DNA of 64,000 nt from Octopus vulgaris (Eukaryota): positions 130,572,001 to 130,636,000 of the forward strand of contig OX597814.1 in the NCBI GenBank assembly GCA_951406725.2, read 5' to 3'. Below the pieces are notes generated by a model, which was not told where the DNA came from, ran no database searches, and saw only the letters and a list, made by a program, of their open reading frames with translations. Positions within the stretch are counted from its first letter, which is position 1, and every line of letters begins with the position of its first letter. The position numbers and the translations under genes were made by a program. This document shows, piece after piece, positions 52,638 through 64,000 of the stretch.

Positions 52638-52676
52638 TTGTTTCTGAAGAAGAGCTTTACTCGAAACGTAAAACAA
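52638..52676 (+). ncRNA. Minimal type-I hammerhead (PLE type), intact
   Basis: ttgttt-CTGAAGA-a-gag cttta ctc-GAAA-cg-TA-aaacaa. Confidence 0.85.
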
Positions 52677-52852
52677 CACCCTTTCTTTCTTTCCGTGAGC
52701 GTCTTTTAATACTCTGTTGTTTTTGTCTTGTGTTTTTTCTTCGTTGTTTTTTTGGGGGATTAACTATATATATCAGAACGTAAAATATCTTTAATTAAAT
52801 AACAATATGGTCAATGAGGTAACGGTTGTACCAATCCATCAGTCTTATTTAC

Positions 52853-52939
<87 letters not shown>

Positions 52940-53041
52940 GTTAATCCAAACCTGAAAACACAGAGAGAAAACACAACAATGCGAGGACGTGGAACAAGTA
53001 TAGTGTTATTGGACGCGCAGGAAAGGAAAGAAAGAAGGAGA

Positions 53042-53076
53042 ATTTAACGTTTCGAACGTTGCTCTTCGTCAGAAAC
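53042..53076 (-). ncRNA. Minimal type-I hammerhead (PLE type), intact core
   Basis: gttt-CTGACGA-a-gagc aac gttc-GAAA-cg-TT-aaat. Confidence 0.8.
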
Positions 53077-53143
53077 ACAGAAAAAGGAAAGATCCAAGGA
53101 AGGGAATACGGAGAAAGAAAATCCCAACGATACACACGCGGTC

Positions 53144-53250
<107 letters not shown>

Positions 53251-53788
53251 AAATATCGAACAATGAGTGCTCGACACCACGTTAAGATAACACCAATGAT
53301 TCCATGTGATAGATTTGATAATTAGTGAGGCATTCATTAACACACAAATAAAGAATATATATATTCGTGTATGTGTGTGTGTGTGAGAGAGAGAATGAGT
53401 GAGTGAGTGAGTGAGTGAGTGAGTGAGTGAGTAAGTGAGTGAGTGTGGTGTATGTAAGTTGCTGGTGTGTGTGTGTGAGTGTGCGTGTGTGTGGACAGTC
53501 AAAAGAGTACTCTGTACTACAGCAGAGGTTTATAGTTATACATACATGTTCTATACAGCCTGGAACAATATTTACAACGCTCCCCCCATACGACACGTTT
53601 TCAGTAACCTTAATGTGTTCTTCATTCAAATACATATTAAGCATATTAGCCACCTTGTGATAATTTTATTTGAATAAAAACTTGAAATTAGGCATACCTA
53701 TCGCCTATATGTAACTACCTAAATATCTAATTATTGAACTAACTATCGATCTGTCAGCGTATATATAGATATATCAGCCTACAAAGCA

Positions 53789-54054
<266 letters not shown>

Positions 54055-54426
54055 CTGTCTCAGGGATGATTCACTTTCTTCTGTGATACACGATCCCTAT
54101 TGATCGGCCCCACTTTATTTTCTTTCACGATCCCTTTTGATCGGAATTCGACTCCTTCTTCTTATTATTATTCTTTCTTTCTCTTCTTCCCCAAAAAGAA
54201 AAGCTTTACTTTGTATTTTGTTCCTTCTATGTTCAGCCCTGCGTGGCCAATAAAGAAATCTATCTGTCTGTCTGTCTATCATCTCTGTGTACATCTGTAT
54301 ACGTATGAAAATCTTGTTTATATTGATAGTTATATGGGTGGCCAACACAAGCAGTGGCCTCCTAATCATCTGCAAATCCATCTATCTGTCCGTCTGTCTA
54401 ATTTATTCCTCCCGCCCACCCATCTG

Positions 54427-54504
<78 letters not shown>

Positions 54505-56674
54505 AGTTACAAGATAAGCGGTGAGTAAGGCATCTAATCTATTCTTCTTGTCTGTCCATATGGAAGATGGTGATAAGTCATCGGTTATACTTCTCGTGAT
54601 AATATAAGATATTATAAGTAAAATGGACTAGATGGAGATGGTGGCGTTGATGATAGCATTGTCAAGATGTGGTCAGGATAGGGTAATTAAAGGAGGAGGA
54701 GGTTCTCATGGTGGTGGTGGTGGTGGTGAGTGGTTGGTTCGTTATTGTTACTGTGGTGATGGCACTTATACCTGTAACAAGTAAATAAAGTAAAGGTACT
54801 TGTATGTGATTGTATAATATATATTTCTATTACTTGAGGCATTAATTGTGTGTGTGTGTATATGTATATATACATACATACATACATACATACATACATA
54901 CATACATACATACATACATACATACACAGATGTATCTGTGCATGTGCCTATTCAAATGGTGGGACTTACCAAACTAGTCACGTTTCTGTTGAATTTTGAA
55001 ATCATCAGAGTGGAAATGAAAGGATTAAATTCGGGGCTTATAGTTTGTAAGTTTGAAGGTCTGTGGTATAGCAGTTTGCAATTTAATACTGGTCAATATA
55101 GCGTGGAATTTTTAGTTGTACGAAGGAAGAGGATATAGGAACGGTGTTAGGGACAGTGTTTAACTAACTGAGCTTCAGATAGAAAAAAAGAATAAAGAAA
55201 AGGATAGGAAAATAAAGAAAAGTTTGTTGTTTGAAATATGCTGACCTATAGGACATTGAAGAGGTGGTAAAAGTAAAATGACCCATTGGATAGGATTGGA
55301 GTGCCTGTGTTCAGCCCACCACAAGACGAAGGCTCCAGCATGTTCCTTACACCAAACATAGGCTGTATATTTGAGCTTGAGACCATACTGGTTAGATGAG
55401 CCTACTCTGTCACTCTGGCTCGACATTGCAGAAGGGTGCAGTTTTTATACTCATACCCAAGAGTAGTTAAACCGATTAACATCGACCCCAGTGCTTAACA
55501 GTAACTTACTTTATTGACCCCGAAATGATAAAAGACCATAGCTGTCTTCAATTAAAAAACAAATTCCCCAGAGTTTATGTGGGATGATTAAAGTCTATAT
55601 GGTGTACAAATGTAGGATCGCAAGCGAGGGCAACACCAATATAGAATATGCTAAAATGGCTGACAGTTTATCCTTTCGAAATAAGAAATGATGAATAAGA
55701 GGAAAAATACTGTTGCTTGAAATTGGCTGATTTGTCAGAGCTCATTGCGGTAAAGCAAGGTAAGTGTTGGGGTTTGGTGAGGAATAAGGGTGAAATAAAT
55801 ATCAGAGATGCTTTGGCCTTCGTAGAAATTGCAGGAGATACTTAAAGATATTGCAAGCTTTTCTGATAGTAACTGAGGGTTAGATTACCCTTCCTTATCT
55901 TCAGCAGGTATCTCAGATCATAAGCATGTCACTCCTACACTTGAGTGGGACAGTAAGAACTGAATTTGCCTCCGACTTGGAAGGGTTCCATCTCTAGTCT
56001 TTTGTTAACCACAATGGTCTCAACTGCCAGGTCTATTTCCTTGGTGGAGATAGACAAGGCAGCTGAATTATTTCAGATTTCAGTTGCTTGCGTTTCAAAG
56101 TATTCTCTAGCAGATAAGACACCATCGATATTGCTGTAAGACCGTTGTAGCTGATTTTAGCAGGAAATGAAGCTGCGTTCCTAAACCTTGGCTTTTTCCA
56201 GTTGGTGAGAAATGTGAAGTGTCTCCTGTTCTAAAACAAATCTAATAAAACTGGAAAAGAGATGGGAAATAGGTAGTAGACGACACAATTTTATTGAAAC
56301 ATAAAAGAGAAGGTGAAAATTTAAAAATAAAAAAATAAAAAGCCTCCATAAAAATACTGATAAAGAAATAGTAAATAAAATAATATAAAAAATAAATGAA
56401 AATTGATTAAAATAAAATGAAACTACAACAGAGGAATAAAGCAAAGGCTAGACTTCATCTTTTAAAATGGTGGTTATGTTAAAAAAAACATTAACTTGTC
56501 CATATATTAATACGTTTATAAGTACATAAACAGATAAACCTGGACTTTATAAGTGTGCGTGAATGTGCGTGTGCGTGGCTGTGTTAGGGTGCGTGTGTGT
56601 ACGTTTATATGTATACGTATATCAGTGTATATATGTATATATGCATGTGTCTATATATACAAATGTACATCTTT

Positions 56675-56709
<35 letters not shown>

Positions 56710-56776
56710 ACACACATACACACACAGATATATATATATATATACAGCATATATATAAAAAAATATAATATAACAT

Positions 56777-56808
<32 letters not shown>

Positions 56809-56828
56809 ATATATAAATACACACACAA

Positions 56829-56868
<40 letters not shown>

Positions 56869-57003
56869 CATAAAATATACCCCCATAAAAAGTTTATGTA
56901 AAGTACATATATGACATGCTTTTGTATATGTACGCACACACATATACACACATGCATATATATATCCATGTATATGTACACATCCATATGTAAATATATA
57001 TAT

Positions 57004-57041
<38 letters not shown>

Positions 57042-57069
57042 TATATATATGTATCTATATACATAAGTG

Positions 57070-57113
<44 letters not shown>

Positions 57114-57132
57114 TAGATAGATAGATAGATAT

Positions 57133-57199
<67 letters not shown>

Positions 57200-57677
57200 T
57201 ACATATGTAGACCGAGTTGCTTTTGAAAGTCATAATACACAAATTTTGTCTTACATCAAATTCATTAGTCAGAAGGGTCTTAACATTTGGACCACCCCTC
57301 CCATCTGACCACAACACACTTTTTTCCCCACTTCGTTTCCTAATAACGCCTCTTCCATCCTCGTGAGCATGCTTTCTCTTTTTCTGTCAGTCTGTCTGCC
57401 TGTCTGTCTCCTTCGGTTCTCTCTCAGTCTCTCTCCCTTTCCCTCTCTCCCTAGTGACCTTTATTGTACCTATGACGCTAACGTGCCACATTTCTTTTAT
57501 TTACTGCCAAAATTCCCAAAACTTTCAACAATACCCATTATTCCCTTTAGTTAACATTATTTTTTGTCAAAAATTGCTTGATACGTAGAAATAAGGTTAG
57601 TTTATTATTTATAACTTCAGTAGTTGAAAAAGCGGTTTAAGGCAAAACACGAGGTTCCATTCAAATCGCACACGCAG

Positions 57678-57756
<79 letters not shown>

Positions 57757-57975
57757 CACACACAAACACATTCATGCATACATAGAATTGGACACAAACT
57801 CCACAAGGCATGCAAACATATATACGTATATACAAACAAATATGCATATATACAGGTATAGAAATACATTTATATACACGTGAACCTGTAAATATGTACA
57901 AATATATAGAAAACGCATAGAAAACTGTTTGTTCAATATCCATACAGGTATACATTCATGTGCATACGGACTGGA

Positions 57976-58281
57976 AGTTTGTTCCTTCTCCAGCCACGCA
58001 TGGCTCATTAGGGCCGGTTTCCCGGTTCCCTTGGCGTATAGGTTTCTCACGTGGACGGGACGCCGGTCCGTCGCAGGCGAGCTGCAAGATGCAAGAGGAA
58101 AGAGTGAGAGAAAGTTGTGGCGAAAGAGTCAGCAGAAGTTCACCATTACCTTCTTGCCGGAGCCGGGTGGAGCTTAGGTGTTTCGCTCATAAACAGACAC
58201 ATCGCCCGGTCTGAGATTCGAACCCGCGATCCCTCAACCGCAGGCCCGCTGCTCTAACCACTAGGCCATGTGCGTCCACCA
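57976..58281 (-). mobile_element. SINE family C
   Basis: Full copy. Confidence 0.9.
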
Positions 58282-58321
58282 CAGACTGGTAATATAAAGT
58301 ACTTGGCTCAAAGTGGTGATT

Positions 58322-58540
58322 TAAGGCGGCGAGCTGGCAGAATAATTACTGCGCCGGACAAAATACCGAGCAATTTTTCTTTCGAATTTACGTTCAGTGT
58401 TCAAAGTCCACGCGGGGTCAACTTTGCATTTCATCCATTCGGGGTCGATAAAACAAGCAACACTGGCGGCAGAGTAGTCCAGTCACCCAACTCCAATGAA
58501 ATTGCTGGCGTAGTGTCAAAATATGAAAACAATAGGAAGC
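58322..58540 (+). mobile_element. SINE family D
   Basis: aaggcggcgagctggcagaa…tttcatccattcggggtcgataaaa. Confidence 0.85.
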
Positions 58541-61500
58541 ACAAGTTTTAAAGGATAAAGCTAATACACATTGACATAAGGCTATACAATATGTTATAAT
58601 ATGGCATTTAATATAATTAATCGTGTCATGTATGCAGAACAACAGTAATTATTGGAAGTGATATACAGTTAAAATTATATATATGGCGTACTAATTAGTG
58701 TTAAAAGAGGTTCGTGACTTATGATACAACGATTAAGTTCAAGATGTATTAGATGGTGGATAATATACAATGGAGTAATGGGACAGAATTTAAGTCATAA
58801 GATAGGAAGATACGAATTAATTATATTGGTGATGACATTAAATGTAAATGGAAGACACAATAAAATTCAGGCGTGGTTGTACGTTTAAGAAGTTCATTAC
58901 AGAACCACCTGATTTCGGGTTTAGATGAAATGCGCATCGCATTGGTCAAGTATAGGTTAGTATAGCCCCATAATATTAATATTATATATAATATAATATC
59001 AATATATAATTTAGAGATAAATAATATGTGTCTCATCATTATGTTATAATTTTTCAAATTCACCGCGCAAGCGCAGTTTCAGTCGGCAGTAAATGAAAAA
59101 TGCAAAACTGATCTTCGAAATGCTAAAATCATATACGTGAAATATATAGGGCCACGAATATTTTTAGAAATTCCTCTACCAGTGGCCTAGCCTGTATAAA
59201 AAGTCTATAGACAACATATTCTCAATTTTAAATAGTGTACATTTAAACATAAGAGAAACTACCTTTAACAGGTAGGTTTACACGCTAGAAGAAGCAGTCA
59301 AAACGACCAAACCCACATTTAAGAGCATATATATATATATATATATATATATTGTATATCACGTAGTTACAACAACAAAAATTAATGGACTGCATGTAAA
59401 TTAACAGAAGTTACTGCGAGGAGGAGAAATATCTTATCCTCAGTAATTCATGGGAAGTATTTATCCCAACAGAGATAAATTTATCCAAAGTTGTTTGACG
59501 TTTCTTAATGGCTTGCTGTCGGAACCGGGTTCATTATGAACTCCAATTTATCTTTCCTTTTCTTTTTTTCTTTTTTCTTTTTGTAGCTTTCATGATTATG
59601 ATTGTTAATATTAAGGACGTGCAATTTTCTTCCCTAAATGCCACTATATAAACCATTTTCATTGCAACGAACTGATGTGGAGTGGCAGGGATTTCTTTAT
59701 CCAGTTCTTACCTTGCACGTTTCCTTTGTTCTAAAAGCATCACCCCCTAATTAGAGAAGCTTCCTCTGTATAAAGCTCCTAAAACTGAAGTACATTGTTA
59801 CTACGACTTCTGTCAGCGCATTAGCTTCTCTCTGTGTGACAACATTTTACTCAATTAGTGGAAACTTATCGCTGATGAGAAACGTATGATGCCAGGTACT
59901 ATCTGGCCATTTGTGTTTCAAAACAACCTTTCATAGCTGAGGGCTTCCCTTCATTCTGTGCACTCATAATCAACTGTTGATGTGTTTCTCCCATCAGCTG
60001 TTTTTGAGCAGTTCCAACATCCTCAGATAACATGCCTTGAAGATATCTATCACACTTCGATCCATTCTCTGGAGCAAATCTGTGTTTGGGACAAGATATT
60101 TGCCTTGACTTGCACATTATCAGAAAAATAATTTGAGGTTACTTGATAGTTTGGTACATTGTCTAAGAGGAGCAATACTTGATTGGAGCTATTAAGTTTG
60201 GTACTACAGGGCCAAAAATTTCGTAAACCAGACTTGAAAATGATTCTTCCTCACCTAAATCTTACTTGAACGCCGAATCACGAGCAGTTTAAACTCAACA
60301 TAGTCTGTGAAAATCCTTAGATTTTAGGTGTGATACGCAAGTAGGTGCTTAAATTACACATTATCAGCAGCTTTTCCTCCCAGAGCGATGTTTAGAATCA
60401 GCATATCCTGTTGTCGATATTTTCATCACTAGAAAAAAACGAAGACCCAACATGAGTGTGCTTCCAGAATTATACAGTATTTTCAAAATTGTGTCTTCTG
60501 GTGTGTAGCTTCATTTGCCTATCGCGTTCATCAGTTTCTTAAATAATTATTAGCACCTTCTGTATCAACGCTGAAAGCTTCACTGATCAATTTAATGATG
60601 CGCAAATTAAAGCGCCTCTTACAATTGTCAAACCAATCTTTACAAGACATAAACCATTTTACATGAGAAATTGCACCGTCAAATAAGCTTTTAAATTTCG
60701 TTTGACTGACGTTGCGTTTTTCGGCAAATTACGTCCTGCTTGATTGCCGATACACACACTCAGGAACCGTTCCATATTTTACATCATGTCAGAATTATGA
60801 AAACACAATGCCCGAGCAGTTAACAAAGAAACTGCTTGAAAACTTGGTATAATTTTGTCCTTTTTTGGCAGGTATCGGTCTGCACTATATGGTTTGCAAA
60901 CTAATATTTTTGCAATGAAGCTTTTTTCCTCATGCACCAAGCTACTACAGGACACAGTACAAAGGTGGCAGGATAGATTCTATCCTTCAACAGAAAGCAC
61001 AGAAGATTGTTGTTCTTGTAGAGTACATCTTCCATACGGACTTCTAAATACAACAACGGTCACCAAACGATTAACTTAATAGCGGATTTAGAAGCAATCT
61101 AATGATGTTACGTAAAACAAAAGACTCTATGCAACAGTTGAGCTACTGGAAGACGTTGAAATCACAACAGTGATGTATATATGAACGACTCTAGAAGTGC
61201 AAGTACCAAATTTCGGTATTCAGAGCTACACTATTCCCGTGAATTACTTGCTATTGCATAGTCATGGATTTCCAACCTTTTTCCTAGCGGAAGTCAGAAC
61301 CACATGCTGTCAGTTTTGGGTTCACAGATTTTCGATATTCTAATAAGTAAATGGAGTGTTTCCAAATGATATTAAAGAAATGTGCAGATGCTGGACGGGA
61401 GATCACTTACACTGGAAGGGGGATCACTCGGCTCACACCCACTCCCACATACCCCACATCTACCCCACCCACTACCTACCCACATACACCCCCTCTACTC

Positions 61501-61842
61501 CCACCCTCAGCCTAACCCACACCCCACCCTTGCTTTCCCCATTCTCGCTTCCCTCACCTCCCAACACCATCATACCACACCACACACCACTACACCATAC
61601 ACCACCATACCACACAACACATCACATCACTACACACCAGCACTGACCACTTCCCAGCCCCACATTTTCCCACCTACACATACACACTCACACGTCAAGA
61701 TCACGAGCCCTCTTCCACACGCCCATACAGGCTCTCTTATGCACACACACACACACACACACGCACCTTCGTTTTGGTAACACCTCTACTTTATTATCTT
61801 CCCTTCTTCCTAGATCTCCTGTGTGACAATTCTGTTCGGCAT

Positions 61843-62026
61843 TCGCCATGATAGATCGCTAACTACTACACATTCTTTATTTTCTCTCCTTGTTTCTTTC
61901 TGTGTTCCTTTCTGTGGAAGAGCGTAGGCTCGAAACGTTAAGGACTTTTTCACTTCCCGAGCGTAATACATGTTTTTTGTCTACACCACCTGTCTTCGTC
62001 TCTTGTTTTTTTTTTATTCTCCCTAC
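61843..62026 (+). mobile_element. Repeat family E with hammerhead-like motif (61906-61944, core CTGTGGA)
   Basis: tcctt-t-CTGTGGA-a-gagc gtag gctc-GAAA-cg-TT-aagga. Confidence 0.7.
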
Positions 62027-62077
62027 ATATATATTATAGGTAAATGCTGGCAAAGACATTTATGAATATATATATAC

Positions 62078-62213
<136 letters not shown>

Positions 62214-62666
62214 GTGTATTTATTTCTGTGTATGTGTAAGAGTGGGTGTATGCGTGTGGGCGTACTTCGCCTCCGGGTACTTATAAACTAATGCATAAGC
62301 AAATATATCTGTATCTTTATCTAACCGTGTATCAATATTTATATCTATAATCCAAGTTAGGTCGTTCACTCTTTTTCAGGCCATGATGAAATCAGCAGGA
62401 AAAAAAAAAGACATGTTTACAATTGTCAATTTATATTTACGCATTAAAGCAGCTTCGGGTAAAATATTGTTCTATTTCTGAAAACATATGGATTTATCCT
62501 CTATCTCAATTGTTTACAGCTACATTTCATAGTAAAACGCACACACACAATCATACTTACAGACATACATATACACATACTCGGATGCACATGTAAGTGT
62601 ATAGAACAACCGACGCAAATTTAGCGTATAGACACAGATTTTCAACAGATAAAAATTTGAAGATTT

Positions 62667-62832
62667 GGCGCAGGCGTGCTTGTGTGGTAAGAAGCTTGTT
62701 TCCCAACCACATGGTTCCAAGTTTAGTCCCACTGCGCGGCACGTTGTGCAAGTGCCTTCTGCTATAGCCTCGGTCCGATCAAAGCCTTGTGAGTGGATTT
62801 GATTAATGGAAACTGAAAGAAGCCTGTCGTAT
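62667..62832 (+). mobile_element. SINE family A 5' half
   Basis: Head through gaaagaagcctgtcgta, then (TA)n. Confidence 0.85.
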
Positions 62833-62841
62833 ATATATATA

Positions 62842-62934
62842 TGTAAATGTAATATGTGACAATTATTCGGTAGCCAAGATAAAACTCGGAGTTTTATCTT
62901 GGCTACCGAATAATTGTCACATATTACATTTACA
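62842..62934. repeat. Perfect palindrome, 46-bp arms, 1-nt centre
   Basis: tgtaaatgtaatatgtgacaattattcggtagccaagataaaactc-g-gagttttatcttggctaccgaataattgtcacatattacatttaca. Confidence 0.97.
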
Positions 62935-63495
62935 GATAAATTCCTCTATTTACATAATATCGAGGCCTCTTTCTTTCTTTTGTTATATTACTGTTTTTAT
63001 CAATATATATACATACATATATAAAGGGAAAAAACAAAATATCCTGACAGACGATACAAGAAAAACAAGAACGGATCATTCGGAGTTTTCTATCCTCAGT
63101 CGAGTTCCAGATTGTCGTTGCAATTTCGGCTGGTTATACTCGAGATTGCTCCAATCTGATCAGCCCCAAGGAAAAATAAGCTAATGGCATTACATTCCTT
63201 GGAAAAAAGCAGCGAATGCATACAAAAACAAGGACGGAAAAAACAACAAAGAAATGTTACACAAATACAAATAACAGGACATAACAACAGGTGTCTTTCG
63301 ACTAAGAATGAATTAAATTATATCGTTCTGACTTTTCTCATTGGTGATGCCGTTCCCTATATAGGTACAATAGTAATTCTTTCCCACTAGGCTCTGATGC
63401 AGTTAGGCATTCCACTATGAGGCGTTTGCATCTATAGCAGATATAGATGTATGCTAATGAAAATTAGAAGATAATCATTTATTCCTTTGTCAACT

Positions 63496-63572
<77 letters not shown>

Positions 63573-63601
63573 TTATTCCTTTGTCATCTCTCTCTCGTTC
63601 G

Positions 63602-63645
<44 letters not shown>

Positions 63646-63696
63646 TGTAGGTGTGTGTGCGTGCGTATATTTATATATAGATTGATATTTCACAAA

Positions 63697-63862
63697 GGGG
63701 TTTCAGCTTCAGTCTATGTCTATTAAATCCATTCACAAAGATTTGGTCGACCCGAGGCTATAAGGGAAGACATTTGATCGAGGTTTCACACAGTGGGACT
63801 GAACCCAGTACCATGTGGTTAGGAAACAAACGACTTACCACAGAGCCACTCCAATGCCTACC
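63697..63862 (-). mobile_element. SINE family A 5' half, diverged
   Basis: cagtgggactgaacccagtaccatgtggtt…cttaccacagagccactcc. Confidence 0.8.
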
Positions 63863-64000
63863 TTTTACTATTCTTCTTTTAATTGTTCCAGACAATGGGC
63901 TACAGCCATGTTAGGCACAATTTTTCAAAGCACCGCATTTAAATCAAATTTATCGATCACACTTCTTAGGCTATTTCTATCGATCTCTATTTATCATATG

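Noticed and set aside
59840-60900. Possible ZMYM1-like hAT transposase remnant on minus
   Set aside because: Only faint motif resemblance with many stops; needs tBLASTx.
61430-61770. His/Pro/Thr-rich ORFs
   Set aside because: Degenerate C/A-rich low-complexity DNA.
62380-62458. Possible small coding exon (ttttcag…gtaaaa)
   Set aside because: Weak donor, no recognisable peptide and no neighbouring exons.
63110-63180. Minus-strand ggctg…cagcc-GAAA-ttgcaa motif
   Set aside because: Stem II and palindrome are present but the core is absent.

Overview
AT-rich, microsatellite-dense eukaryotic non-coding DNA. The repeat families look cephalopod (Octopus-like); this is an inference, not a database match. 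No intact protein-coding gene is supportable, and nearly all six-frame ORFs are microsatellite or SINE artefacts. The window is a retro/transposon graveyard: four tRNA-derived SINE families (called A-D here), CR1/L2-type, R4/Dong-type, RTE-type and Penelope-like (PLE) retroelement fragments, mariner, Tc1, Buster/hAT and pogo-type DNA transposons, and a decayed UNC-5 Ig-domain fragment boxed by an inverted repeat. The main hidden signal is catalytic RNA. About a dozen type-I hammerhead ribozyme motifs occur on both strands, several with intact cores. One carries a compensatory G3:C8 core swap at the apex of an ~87-bp hairpin, one carries U3:A8, and one sits in the tail of a tRNA-headed SINE-like unit. 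There is also an HDV-like fold at an RTE 5' end. All structures were folded by eye and boundaries are approximate.
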